Below the pieces are notes generated by a model, which made no database searches, was not told the DNA's origin, and was given only the letters and a program-made list of their open reading frames with translations. Made by a program: the position numbers and the translations under genes. From an uncultured Thermodesulfobacteriota bacterium (GTDB taxonomy: Bacteria; Desulfobacterota; DSWW01), in contig CAYZMM010000035.1 in NCBI GenBank assembly GCA_964479535.1, forward strand, positions 159 to 64,158: a stretch of 64,000 nucleotides of DNA, written 5' to 3'. Below, in pieces: positions 45,234-54,879 of the stretch (within the stretch, counting starts at the first letter, position 1; each line of letters opens with the position of its first letter).

Positions 45234-47435
45234 TCAGGGAAGAGGATCGCACGCCCGCGGATCCGTGGTCACGGTCAGGCCCAGAAGCAACCCCTCGTTC
45301 ACGGCCACGAACTCCAGCAGGTGCAGAACCGCATGGCCCGTCACCGATATGGCCCCTACGCAGACCCGATCCCCTTCCGTGACGGTCTTGCCCGTGAGAT
45401 CCCAGGAGAACGCGTTTCTCGGAAGTTCCGGGACATCGTCTCGGGTAAGGTTGAAGGTGGGCTTCGGGTCCCCTTCTCCGGGAGGCTCCCCGTTCCAGAG
45501 GGCCTTGATCTCGTTGATCTCTGAAACGTTCGGGAATATGGTTGCCGCTACGACCAGACCGTCCGGGTCCACGATATCGCCGTTCTTCAAACCGGCCAGG
45601 ATCACGTTCGGGCCCACGGTCTCCGGCAGGGAGACCGCAATCTGGAAGATTTCCTGGTCCGCTTCCGGTTCGAAAGCGATCTCGATACCGGAGAACTCCG
45701 CTGTGGGCAGGTCTTCCGGGTCCTCTACCTTTTCTCTTGCCACCAGGACGCCGATCGTCTTGCTGATGTCCGGATCTGCAGCGTCGCCGGGATCGATGTG
45801 GATCCACTCCCAGGGGTCCCGTGGGTACTCTCCCCCCGCGTTCAGAGACTCCCAGTCCGGCGTCTCGGGCAGTGGGCAGGCCGCTTCGTTGCAGTAATCG
45901 CACCGCTCCTCCGGATCCTCGGGGTCCCCAGGCGCCCTGTAGGCACACCGGTAATGCGCCAACACGGGTGCGCCCCTGTCGTCGGCGGCCCGGGCACGCA
46001 CACGCACTTCCTCGCCGATGGGCAGCTGCGCCTCCCGGTTCGTGTCGAGACGGGGGAAGATCTCCAGAACCTGAAGCTCCGGAACCTGATTCTCCGCCGT
46101 TGAGGGAGGGAATAGGACGGGGAGGGTCGTTCTCTTCCAGTTCCCCTGCATGTCGAGGGCCACCACCCCGATCGTGTTCGGAATCCCCCCATCCTCCACA
46201 GGTGCGTCCACCACCTCATCCCCGTTCCAATCCGAAACAAAGACGATGGTTGCCGTGAAGCCGCCGGCAAGGGTGATCTGGTCCGGGTTGAAGTGGAGGA
46301 ACCGGCCGGCCGTGCCTCCCGGCCCCTCGGCAAGGCTGAAACCCAGCGTCCGAACCTCACCGCTGAAACTCTCCACGGTGCCGACCACGTTCTCCGCAGC
46401 GGAAGAGGCCTCGATCAACTCCTCCTCTTCCCCGTCCACCTCCAGGTTCGGCTCCTGCGTAACCACCTCGGGCGAGAAGATGAACTCGCGCAACACCTCT
46501 GAAGAACGAAAGACCCCGGTCTTCTGATCCGGTACGTCCTCGGCCGACACCGCGAAGCGAAAGACCGGTGCGTCGTCGTCGCCGGTCATCCCCTGCCGAT
46601 CCCTCGGATCGAAGAGCTGGAACTGTTCTTCGAAGTTCCCTGACGTTGCATCCCAGTTCAGGAAGGAATCGTCGTTCCACTTCACCAGAGATCGCCAAAG
46701 GGCGGTCGGTGGACCGTCCATTTCCACCCCTTCGGGAGCCTCGAGCCCAATTTGGAATACTTCATCGCCCGCGCCCAGGGCCAGAGCGTCGCCGGAGCGC
46801 AAGGGGGTGTCGAAACCTCCGCCGGTCGTTGTCTTCTTCCTGAGGGACCAGAGAAACGGATTCGGTTCCTCCGTCAGGCTGGTCACCCGCAGGATACGGT
46901 ACTCCTCCAGAATTTGGATCGGATCCCCCTCAGAGTCCGGAACCTGGAGGTCCTGCGCCTCCGAGACCTGAACCTGCAGCTCGTGTTCCTCGCCTTCGGC
47001 TGTCGACAGAGTCAACCGGAACAGGTCCCCTCGAATGAGTTTCGAGGCAGGCAGCAGGGGAGCACACTCGAAGAAGCCCGGGCCGGTCTCCTCGCATCTC
47101 ATCTCACATTCGTAGAACTGGTTCTCCGCTTCGGTGCACTCGGTGAAGCCCTGCAGATCCACATCCGCGCGCTCGCCGATCCAGACGATTCGAGGGGAGA
47201 CCACCGCCGTGTTGTCGGAGATGTTTCCTTGAACGCGGACGGGCGACTGAGCGGCGATCCCGCCGTTCTCGAGGGGCACCCAGGCCCCCTCCTCTCCCGG
47301 GGGAGAGTCCCAGTAGGAGAGACGCACATTCGTGATCTGCGGCGCCTCGGGGTTACCGCAGCCATAGGACAAGAGGGAAGCTAGCAAGAACGCCAAGCCG
47401 ATGCCGATCGCTGCCCGATGGTGCCTCCTTCGCAT
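45234..47435 (-). CDS. large acidic hypothetical lipoprotein
   Basis: Lipobox SYGC; 733 aa, Glu/Asp/Pro-rich, beta-rich, paired Cys. Confidence 0.75.
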   Translation of the reverse strand: MRRRHHRAAIGIGLAFLLASLLSYGCGNPEAPQITNVRLSYWDSPPGEEGAWVPLENGGIAAQSPVRVQGNISDNTAVVSPRIVWIGERADVDLQGFTECTEAENQFYECEMRCEETGPGFFECAPLLPASKLIRGDLFRLTLSTAEGEEHELQVQVSEAQDLQVPDSEGDPIQILEEYRILRVTSLTEEPNPFLWSLRKKTTTGGGFDTPLRSGDALALGAGDEVFQIGLEAPEGVEMDGPPTALWRSLVKWNDDSFLNWDATSGNFEEQFQLFDPRDRQGMTGDDDAPVFRFAVSAEDVPDQKTGVFRSSEVLREFIFSPEVVTQEPNLEVDGEEEELIEASSAAENVVGTVESFSGEVRTLGFSLAEGPGGTAGRFLHFNPDQITLAGGFTATIVFVSDWNGDEVVDAPVEDGGIPNTIGVVALDMQGNWKRTTLPVLFPPSTAENQVPELQVLEIFPRLDTNREAQLPIGEEVRVRARAADDRGAPVLAHYRCAYRAPGDPEDPEERCDYCNEAACPLPETPDWESLNAGGEYPRDPWEWIHIDPGDAADPDISKTIGVLVAREKVEDPEDLPTAEFSGIEIAFEPEADQEIFQIAVSLPETVGPNVILAGLKNGDIVDPDGLVVAATIFPNVSEINEIKALWNGEPPGEGDPKPTFNLTRDDVPELPRNAFSWDLTGKTVTEGDRVCVGAISVTGHAVLHLLEFVAVNEGLLLGLTVTTDPRACDPLP

Positions 47436-47482
47436 TTCTCTCCCATTTCTCCTTCGTCAGAAGGGAACCGCGGCGGCGACTT

Positions 47483-48820
47483 CTACCCCTCCCGTTCCCG
47501 CACCGCGTCGTGGAACAACGTGAGTTCCGGCTGGAAGATCAGATCGACCGTTCCGATCGGTCCGTTTCTCTGCTTGCCGATGATCAGCTCGGCCTTGCCC
47601 CGGCACTCAGGCTTGTCCCGGAAGTAGAACTCCTCCCGGTAGATGAAAGCGATCAGGTCCGCATCCTGTTCGATCGCCCCGGACTCGCGCAGGTCCGCCA
47701 GCATCGGTCGCTTGTCCGGCCGGTTCTCCACGCCCCGGTTCAGCTGTGAAAGGGCCAGAACCGGTATGCTCAGCTCCTTTGCCAGCTGCTTCAGAGAGCG
47801 GGAGATCTCGGAAATCTCCTGGACCCGATTCTCGACCTTGCCCGATCCCTGCATCAACTGAAGGTAGTCCACGATGACAAGCTCGATGTTGTGTTCCAGC
47901 TTCATCTGGCGAGCCTTGCCGCGCATCTCGCGGACGTGCATACCCGGCGAGTCGTCGATGAAGATGGGGGCCCTGGAAAGCACATCAGCCGCCTTGGTGA
48001 GCTTCGGGAAGTCCGTCTTCTTCAAATACCCGGAACGTACCTTGGAGCCGTCGATCTTCGCCTCCGCGCAGAGCATGCGGGTGGCCAGCTGCTCCTTCGA
48101 CATCTCCAAAGAGAAGACCGCGACGGGCACCTGTTCCCTCACGGCCACGTTGCGGGCGATGTTCAGAGCGAGGGCGGTCTTTCCCATGCTCGGTCTTCCC
48201 GCAAGAATCACGAGATCCGAGCGCTGCAATCCGGCCGTCTTGTGGTCGAAATCCACGAATCCGGTCGGCACACCGGACGGTATTCCCTGCCTGTCGTAGA
48301 GCCGCTCGATCGATTCAAAGGTCTGGTTCAGCACCGTGCGGAGCGGCACGAAACCTTGTCTCTGCTGCCGGCGGGAGATCTCCAGGATGGCCTGTTCCGC
48401 CCGGTCGAGGAAGGATACCGCATCTTCCGGCTCCTCATAGCCTTGCCGGGCGACCTCGGTGGCGGCCTCGATGAGTTGTCGAAGGACGGATTTCTCTTTG
48501 ACGATCCTGGCATAATAGAGGATGTTGGCAGCCGTCGGCACCTCGTCCGCCAGGGCGGCAAGGTAGACCGCCCCACCCACATCCTGCAACGTGCCCTTCC
48601 GGTTCACCTCCTCGGTGAGGGTGATCAGATCCACCGGATCGTTCCGCTCGAAGAGGTCGGTCATCGCCCGGTAGATCTTCCGGTGCGCGTCCCGGTAGAA
48701 GTCCTCGTCCAGGAGAATCTCCGTCACGTTGGGCATTGCCTGGTTTTCGAGCAGGATCCCCCCGAGGACTGAACGTTCCGCCTCCAGGTTCTGTGGGGGC
48801 ACCCGTTCCAGAAAGCCCAT
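47483..48820 (-). CDS. dnaB: replicative DNA helicase
   Basis: PPQNLEAE, GRPSMGKT, FSLEM, DYLQL, LSQLNR, LRESGAIEQDAD, KQRNG. Confidence 0.97.
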   Translation of the reverse strand: MGFLERVPPQNLEAERSVLGGILLENQAMPNVTEILLDEDFYRDAHRKIYRAMTDLFERNDPVDLITLTEEVNRKGTLQDVGGAVYLAALADEVPTAANILYYARIVKEKSVLRQLIEAATEVARQGYEEPEDAVSFLDRAEQAILEISRRQQRQGFVPLRTVLNQTFESIERLYDRQGIPSGVPTGFVDFDHKTAGLQRSDLVILAGRPSMGKTALALNIARNVAVREQVPVAVFSLEMSKEQLATRMLCAEAKIDGSKVRSGYLKKTDFPKLTKAADVLSRAPIFIDDSPGMHVREMRGKARQMKLEHNIELVIVDYLQLMQGSGKVENRVQEISEISRSLKQLAKELSIPVLALSQLNRGVENRPDKRPMLADLRESGAIEQDADLIAFIYREEFYFRDKPECRGKAELIIGKQRNGPIGTVDLIFQPELTLFHDAVREREG

Positions 48821-48852
48821 ACACCGCGTCCCTCAATTGGGTGGGAACCGCT

Positions 48853-49296
48853 TCACTCCTTGACGACCCAGACCTTGATGTTTCCTGTCACGTCCGTGTG
48901 GAGCTTGACGGGGACGGTGTAGACCCCGAGCTTCTTGATCGGTTCTTCGAGCAGGATTCGCTTGCGATCGATCGAGACCCCTTCCTCCTTGAGGGCCTCC
49001 TCGATATCCCGGGAGGTTACGGAACCGTAGAGTTTCTCATCCTCGCCGGTCTTCCTCGCGATGGTGCAGGAGACGGCATCCAGGCTCCCCGCCAGTTCCT
49101 GAGCGTCCCTCCGCTGCTTCTCCATTCGTGTCTGAATGAGTTTCTTCTGGTGCTCCTGCTCCTTCAGGTTCTTCGTGGACGCCTGGACGGCCAGCCCGCG
49201 AGGCAACAGGTAGTTCCTGCCGTAGCCGCCCGCGACTTCGACGACATCGCCGATCTTGCCCAGATTCTCAACATCTTCTCGCAGTATCAGCTTCAC
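48853..49296 (-). CDS. rplI: 50S ribosomal protein L9
   Basis: (V)KLILREDVENLG..GD.V.V..GYGRNYLLP, KLYGSVT. Confidence 0.95.
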   Translation of the reverse strand: MKLILREDVENLGKIGDVVEVAGGYGRNYLLPRGLAVQASTKNLKEQEHQKKLIQTRMEKQRRDAQELAGSLDAVSCTIARKTGEDEKLYGSVTSRDIEEALKEEGVSIDRKRILLEEPIKKLGVYTVPVKLHTDVTGNIKVWVVKE

Positions 49297-49445
49297 CTTC
49301 GTTTCCTCCCTGCCGGAAGCAGGCAATCCTCTTCTTGCCGGGATCCCTGGCAGTCCGTATGGGTCTTCAGGAATTACAGTAACCGTCATCCAGCCACGCG
49401 AGGCCGGCGGGAACGGTACAGTGGCGAGCGACAGGGACCCGAGGA

Positions 49446-49703
49446 CTAGATCTCCATGTTCGTGTAGGGCATCAACGCCAGATGCCGTGCCCGTTTGACG
49501 GCCAACGTGATCTTCCGCTGATGTTTCGCACAGTTGCCGGAAATCCGCCTCGGGATGATCTTGCCCCTTTCGGTGATGAAATATCTGAGCTGCCTCGGGT
49601 CCTTGTAGTTGATCTCCAGCGTCGCGTCCGCACAGAACCGGCACACCTTCTTCCGGACGTAGAGCCTTCTTTTCGCCTTCCGAGCTTCCTTTCGACTGAT
49701 CAT
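49446..49703 (-). CDS. rpsR: 30S ribosomal protein S18 (Zn-binding form)
   Basis: [23 protein letters not shown]. Confidence 0.97.
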   Translation of the reverse strand: MISRKEARKAKRRLYVRKKVCRFCADATLEINYKDPRQLRYFITERGKIIPRRISGNCAKHQRKITLAVKRARHLALMPYTNMEI

Positions 49704-49733
49704 CTGTGTGGTCCTCTCCCCGACGGATGGATT

Positions 49734-50324
49734 CTACGCTTCTACCGGCTTTTCGCCCTGCCCCTCGCCTTCCTCTGCCGCCTGCGGCCCGGTTTCAGGG
49801 CGCTCCCCTTCCGGCGTCCTTGCCGCATCCGCCACGGGTTCTGCCGTCGACTCTTCCTCCTCCTTCTCGGACGAGGTCTCGGCAGCGGCCGCCTCTTTTT
49901 CCCTGGCTTCCTTTTCCGCAGCGGCCTTTGCCGCAGCCTCCTTCTCCGCAGCTTCCTTCGCGGCCGCCTCTCTCGCCGCCTCCTTGTCCCTTTCCTCCTC
50001 CTGCTCCTGCTTGGCAGCTTCCAGGTCTACGCGCTCATCCGTCTTGACCGTAAGGAATCGGTAGACATCCTCGAGCATCCGCATGTGTCTTTCCAGCTCG
50101 GCGACGATCTGTGCCGTTCCCACGAAGTCGAGCAGGAAATAGTGGCCTTTCTGATGGTTCTTGATCGGATAGGCCAGCCTGCGAACGCCCCAGTCCTCCC
50201 TCTTGACGCGGATTCCTCCGCCCTTCTCCACGACGCCGTCCAGTCGATCGAGGATCTCCTTCTTCTTGCCTTCATCCGAGTCGGACGGAAGGATGAAGAC
50301 CGTTTGGTACCTCCGATTGCGCAT
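49734..50324 (-). CDS. rpsF: 30S ribosomal protein S6 with long Ala/Glu/Lys tail
   Basis: YQTVFIL, WGVRRLAYPI, GHY; AAGGAGG RBS. Confidence 0.93.
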   Translation of the reverse strand: MRNRRYQTVFILPSDSDEGKKKEILDRLDGVVEKGGGIRVKREDWGVRRLAYPIKNHQKGHYFLLDFVGTAQIVAELERHMRMLEDVYRFLTVKTDERVDLEAAKQEQEEERDKEAAREAAAKEAAEKEAAAKAAAEKEAREKEAAAAETSSEKEEEESTAEPVADAARTPEGERPETGPQAAEEGEGQGEKPVEA

Positions 50325-50325
50325 T

Positions 50326-50402
50326 TTCCCTCCTTCTGGTCTCATGGCCCCGCACCGCAGACCGGGTCCCCTGGAGAGAACCGACGGGTGGGAGCAAGGG
50401 GG
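50326..50402 (-). promoter_or_regulatory. putative S6:S18-binding rpsF leader RNA
   Basis: Minus strand CCCCUUGCUCCC...GGGGCCAUGAGACCAGAAGGAGG; stem can pair with the RBS, with a CCR bulge. Confidence 0.55.
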
Positions 50403-50504
50403 TTCACGTTCCGGCGACACCCTGTCGCCCTTCCACGGCTCCTTCTCGCCCAAACCATGCAATGTACCAGTCTCGTCTTGATTTTACAAGATCCACGCGG
50501 GGGC

Positions 50505-51602
50505 TCACTTCTGAAACCTGATCCGGACGATGTCCCCGTCCTGCACTGTGTAGTCCCTGCCCTCCACATGTGTGATGCCCCGCCTGCGGGCCTCCTCTTC
50601 CGTGCCTGCTCCGCAGAAGTCCTCGAAGTGCATGACCTCCGCCCGTATGAACCCGCGCTGCATATCGGAATGGATCCTGCCCGCGGCCTGGTACACGGTC
50701 TGACCCTTGCGCAGCGTCCAGGCGCGGACTTCGATCCCCACCAAGGTGTAGAAAGTGATCAGATCCAACAGCCGGTAGCCCTCCTCGACCATGCGCACGA
50801 GGCCGGAAGGGCCCCATTCCATCTCCGCCCTGAAACGTTCCCTCTCGGCCGGATCCAGGCCGAGAACCTCCGTCTCCACGGCGGCACACAGGGGGAGGAA
50901 AACGGAGTCCACCTCCTGCACCCTCGCCTGCACTTCCTCCACGAGCCTGTCCTGCCCCGGAATCTGATCTTCCCCGAGGTTGAGCACGAACAGCACCGGC
51001 CGGTCCGTCAGGAAGCCCCACTCCTTGGTGCGCCCCAGAAGGTCCGTCCCGATATCCGCCGAGTGCCTCAGCGGGATTCCGCGGTTCAGCGATTCCAGCA
51101 CCTGCTCCAGCAGCTGCATCTCTTCCCGGGCCTCCTTCTGGCCGACCCTGGCAAGCCTTTCCGCCTTCTCCTTGCGTCGTTCGGCCACTTCGATGTCGGC
51201 GAGAACGAGCTCGGTCTGTACGATCTGTATGTCACGGACAGGGTCCGGGCTGCCTGTCACGTGGACGATCTCGGGATCTTCAAACAACCTGACCACATGG
51301 ACGATCGCGTCCACCGCCCGGATATGCCCCAGAAAGGCGTTCCCGAGGCCCTCACCCCGGCTCGCGCCCTCCACAAGCCCCGCCACGTCCAGGAACTCGA
51401 GCCGGGTCGGCGTGAGCTTCTCGGGCTTCAACCGCTCTCCCAGAATACGCAGCCGATCGTCCGGTACGGCCACCCGCCCCCGGTTCGGGTCTACCGTACA
51501 GAAGGGATAGTTCGATGCTTCGGCACCGCCCCCTGCAAGGGCGTTGAAGACCGTCGACTTGCCCACATTCGGCAGGCCGACTATCCCGCAAGTAAAGCCC
51601 AT
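50505..51602 (-). CDS. ychF: redox-regulated ATPase YchF
   Basis: [34 protein letters not shown]. Confidence 0.95.
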   Translation of the reverse strand: MGFTCGIVGLPNVGKSTVFNALAGGGAEASNYPFCTVDPNRGRVAVPDDRLRILGERLKPEKLTPTRLEFLDVAGLVEGASRGEGLGNAFLGHIRAVDAIVHVVRLFEDPEIVHVTGSPDPVRDIQIVQTELVLADIEVAERRKEKAERLARVGQKEAREEMQLLEQVLESLNRGIPLRHSADIGTDLLGRTKEWGFLTDRPVLFVLNLGEDQIPGQDRLVEEVQARVQEVDSVFLPLCAAVETEVLGLDPAERERFRAEMEWGPSGLVRMVEEGYRLLDLITFYTLVGIEVRAWTLRKGQTVYQAAGRIHSDMQRGFIRAEVMHFEDFCGAGTEEEARRRGITHVEGRDYTVQDGDIVRIRFQK

Positions 51603-51655
51603 CGATTCTTGCCTTGCCCGTTCCGTCAAGCAAAATCGAGTCGGAACACAGATCG

Positions 51656-51697
51656 AAAAAAGGCTCGTCCGGGGGTTGCGCTTCCCGGACGAGCCTT
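51656..51697 (-). terminator. rho-independent terminator downstream of hppA
   Basis: AAGGCTCGTCCGGG/CCCGGACGAGCCTT stem followed by a U tract on the minus strand. Confidence 0.75.
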
Positions 51698-51698
51698 A

Positions 51699-51860
51699 GT
51701 ACTCCATCTCATAAATACGGTGGCATTCGGATGCCGATCCATCCCGGCAGGCTGCGTTGCTCGTCGGTTCAAGACTCCCGGTATTCGCCCTCCTCGCGCC
51801 TTGCCTGCCGGGCGCCTCGGCATCCTCGGTGCGTTACCCTATATTGTTGCGATGGAGTAC
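51699..51860. mobile_element. MITE with GTACTCCATC TIRs and TTA target duplication
   Basis: TTA-GTACTCCATCTCA...TGCGATGGAGTAC-TTA; 162 bp; no convincing coding region. Confidence 0.75.
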
Positions 51861-51914
51861 TTAGGATCTCACGCGCCTCAACCCTGAAGGGTGAAGAGGC
51901 CAACTCTCCAAGAG

Positions 51915-52055
51915 GGGTGGCAAGAAACGGCCAGATGCAAGCCGCGCGACGCCTGCCCCGCCAAAGCGGGGGTCCATGTCACGTCGAGGCGTACGAAGTA
52001 TGCCGCAGTGACGATGGGGGAGCGCAACGCCGCAGATGGGCGTTTGTCGCCACCC
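51915..52055. mobile_element. second MITE/palindromic repeat
   Basis: GGGTGGCAAGAAACGGCCA...TGGGCGTTTGTCGCCACCC (16/19 TIR); internal GCAAGCCGC...GCAACGCCGC. Confidence 0.65.
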
Positions 52056-52065
52056 TGACAGCCTC

Positions 52066-54198
52066 CTACAGCAGGGGTGCGATCACCAGGGAGACGACCG
52101 ACATGAGCTTGATCAGGATGTTCATCGACGGTCCGGAGGTGTCCTTGAAAGGATCGCCCACGGTGTCCCCGATCACGGCAGCCTTGTGATTATCGCTGCC
52201 CTTGCCGCCCAGGTTGCCCGCCTCGATGTACTTCTTCGCGTTGTCCCAGGCACCGCCGCCGTTCGCCATCATCAGCGCCAACAGCACACCTGCCGCGGTC
52301 GCTCCGGCCAGGGCCCCTGCCAGTGCCACGGGGCCCATCCAGAAGCCGATGACCGGCGGCGTGATGACCGCGATCAGGCCGGGGACCACCATCCGGCGAA
52401 GGGCACCCTTGGTCGCAATGTCCACGCACCTGGCAGGATCCGGCTTTCCGGTCCCCTCCAGCAGCCCGGGGATCTCCTTGAACTGCCGCCGAATCTCGTT
52501 GACCATGTCAAAGGCCGCAGACCCCACGGCCAGCATGGTCCGGCTGGCGATCAGGAACGGAATCATGGCACCGATCAGCAGCCCGATGACCGCCTGCGGC
52601 TGCGTGATGTTCACCACTAGGAATTCCTTGATGGTCGTCGTGGGGATATCCACATCCACCGCCTGCGTGTAGGCGGAGAAGAGGGCGAGGGCCGTCAAGG
52701 CCGCGCTTCCGATGGCGAAGCCCTTTCCGATCGCCGCCGTGGTGTTGCCCAAAGCGTCCAGGCTGTCGGTGATCTCCCGGGTCTCGGGCCCGAGTTCGGC
52801 CATCTCCGAGATGCCGCCTGCGTTGTCCGCGATCGGTCCGTAGGAGTCAACGCTCATGGTGATACCGACCGTGGCCAGCATGCCTACCGCGGCGATACCG
52901 ATCCCGTAGAGGCCCGCGAAGTAGTTTGCAATGAAGATCCCCACGCAGATGAACAGCACCGGCGCCACCACGCTCTCCATGCCCACGGCCAGGCCCTGGA
53001 TGATCACGGTCGCGGCCCCGGTCTCGGAACTCTTCGCGATATCCCGCACAGGCTTCGCGGCCGTGTAATACTCGGTCACCAGACCGATCGCGACGCCCAC
53101 GATGCAGCCCAGGGTCACGGCCAGCCAGACATTGGCTCGCTCCGCCAGGGCCGCCATGGAACCGCCTCCGTCCTGCACGAGTGCGGCAGCGGCCGCCCCT
53201 TCCCGCATCATGCCGTTCACGCCGAACAGCCAGATCCAGATCCCGGCCAGCACGATGAAGAGTCCGGCTGCAACGAACATCGAGTACCGCAGCGCAGCCG
53301 CGGGGCTGTACTGCTTCAGCCAGTCGATGCTCTTGATGCCGATGAAGGAGCAGACCAGGCCGATGGCCACCATGAAGATCGGCAGGCTCATGAAGTAGAA
53401 GGCGTTCTCTCCTGCCGTAGCCGCCCAGGTAGCCCCGATGGCGATCGTGGCGATGATCGATCCTACATAGGATTCAAAGATATCGGCACCCATACCAGCC
53501 GTGTCGCCCACGCAGTCCCCCACGTTGTCCGCGATCACGCCCGGATTCCTGGGGTCGTCCTCCGGGATTCCGGCCTCCACCTTGCCCACGAGGTCAGCCC
53601 CCACGTCCGCGGCCTTGGTGTAGATACCGCCGCCGACACGGGCGAAGAGCGCAATCGAGCTCGCGCCCATGGCAAAGCCGTTGATGTCCTGCGTCTCGAA
53701 GAAACCGAACCACCGGGAGAGCAGGTACAGGATCGTAACCCCCAGCATGCCCAGGCTGGCCACCGTCAGGCCCATGACGGCCCCGCCGTTGAAAGCCACT
53801 TCCAGGGCGCCGCCTTGTCCTTCCTGGTTCGCCGTCCAGGACGTACGCACGTTCGCCCTCGTTGCCGCCTCCATCCCGACGTATCCGGCTGTCATCGAGC
53901 AGCTCGCGCCCAGCAGGAAACAGAGGGCCGTCACGAAGGAGATCTTCCACGCCAGCAGCAGGAACACCACTCCGATGAACACGGCCAGATACGTGTACTC
54001 CGTCCTCAGGAAGGCCATCGCACCGGTGTGGATCATGTCCGCGATCTCGCGCATCTTGTCCGTACCCGGATCCTTCGCCTCGATGTCGCCGAAGAGCTTG
54101 CGCGCCAGCACGAGGCCGATGCCCCCCACGACGAGTACGCCTATCAGGCCAATTCCGTACATCCCCCAGGTCCGAAAGAAATCCACAAACGCTTCCAT
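52066..54198 (-). CDS. hppA: membrane-integral pyrophosphatase, K+-dependent (Na+/H+ translocating)
   Basis: [47 protein letters not shown]. Confidence 0.95.
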   Translation of the reverse strand: MEAFVDFFRTWGMYGIGLIGVLVVGGIGLVLARKLFGDIEAKDPGTDKMREIADMIHTGAMAFLRTEYTYLAVFIGVVFLLLAWKISFVTALCFLLGASCSMTAGYVGMEAATRANVRTSWTANQEGQGGALEVAFNGGAVMGLTVASLGMLGVTILYLLSRWFGFFETQDINGFAMGASSIALFARVGGGIYTKAADVGADLVGKVEAGIPEDDPRNPGVIADNVGDCVGDTAGMGADIFESYVGSIIATIAIGATWAATAGENAFYFMSLPIFMVAIGLVCSFIGIKSIDWLKQYSPAAALRYSMFVAAGLFIVLAGIWIWLFGVNGMMREGAAAAALVQDGGGSMAALAERANVWLAVTLGCIVGVAIGLVTEYYTAAKPVRDIAKSSETGAATVIIQGLAVGMESVVAPVLFICVGIFIANYFAGLYGIGIAAVGMLATVGITMSVDSYGPIADNAGGISEMAELGPETREITDSLDALGNTTAAIGKGFAIGSAALTALALFSAYTQAVDVDIPTTTIKEFLVVNITQPQAVIGLLIGAMIPFLIASRTMLAVGSAAFDMVNEIRRQFKEIPGLLEGTGKPDPARCVDIATKGALRRMVVPGLIAVITPPVIGFWMGPVALAGALAGATAAGVLLALMMANGGGAWDNAKKYIEAGNLGGKGSDNHKAAVIGDTVGDPFKDTSGPSMNILIKLMSVVSLVIAPLL

Positions 54199-54262
54199 AC
54201 AACTCTCCTCCTTTGCTCGGTGGTTTCTCGTCTAGCCCACGTTCGCTTCCACGCTGGAAGGC

Positions 54263-54868
54263 CTATTCCTCAACCGTCCCTTCCCGCTCCGCCTCTTCCT
54301 CTTCTTCCCGAATCCGGGTATTGAAAAGGTTCATGGCCCGGTCGATGCCTTGCTCAAGGATACACTCAAGGGCCTCGGCTCCCCGCTCCAGAATCTGCGG
54401 CAGCCGTCTTGCCTGCTCATCGGGGAACGTCCCCAACACGTAATCCTCGGGTTGCTCACCGGCCTCCGGTCGGCCAATCCCCATCTTGACGCGCAAGAAA
54501 CGTTCGGAATCGAGCTCCCGGAGGATGGATTCGATTCCTCGGTGTCCACCTGACCCTCCCCCCCTCTTCAGCTTCATCGTCTGAAAAGGAAGGTCCATAT
54601 CGTCGTGCACTACGATGATCGACTCGATCGGCACGCGCGAGGCTTCGCGTACCTCCTGTACCACCTCTCCACTTCGATTCATGTAGGCCTGCGGCTTGAC
54701 GAGAAGGACGCTGGCATCCCCCGAGACATGCGATCCGATCGATGCAAACCCTCTACGCTCCTGCCACGGGACCTTCTGCCTGGAGGCGTATCGATCCACC
54801 ACCAGGAATCCGATGTTGTGGCGGGTTCCCGAATAGCGGAGCCCCGGATTCCCGAGTCCGGCAATCAA
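54263..54868 (-). CDS. pth: peptidyl-tRNA hydrolase
   Basis: GLGNPG..Y..TRHNIGF, HDDMDL, GGHRG. Confidence 0.95.
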   Translation of the reverse strand: MIAGLGNPGLRYSGTRHNIGFLVVDRYASRQKVPWQERRGFASIGSHVSGDASVLLVKPQAYMNRSGEVVQEVREASRVPIESIIVVHDDMDLPFQTMKLKRGGGSGGHRGIESILRELDSERFLRVKMGIGRPEAGEQPEDYVLGTFPDEQARRLPQILERGAEALECILEQGIDRAMNLFNTRIREEEEEAEREGTVEE

Positions 54869-54879
54869 CCACGATCGAC

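Noticed and set aside
49297-49644. Extended rplI ORF or an S18-L9 frameshift fusion
   Set aside because: GTG 49296 has its own GGAGG RBS and gives a normal-length L9
49704-49733. Absence of ssb between rpsF and rpsR
   Set aside because: A common arrangement in this group; not novel
49482-51887. 801-aa plus-strand ORF
   Set aside because: Antisense shadow of rpsR, rpsF and ychF
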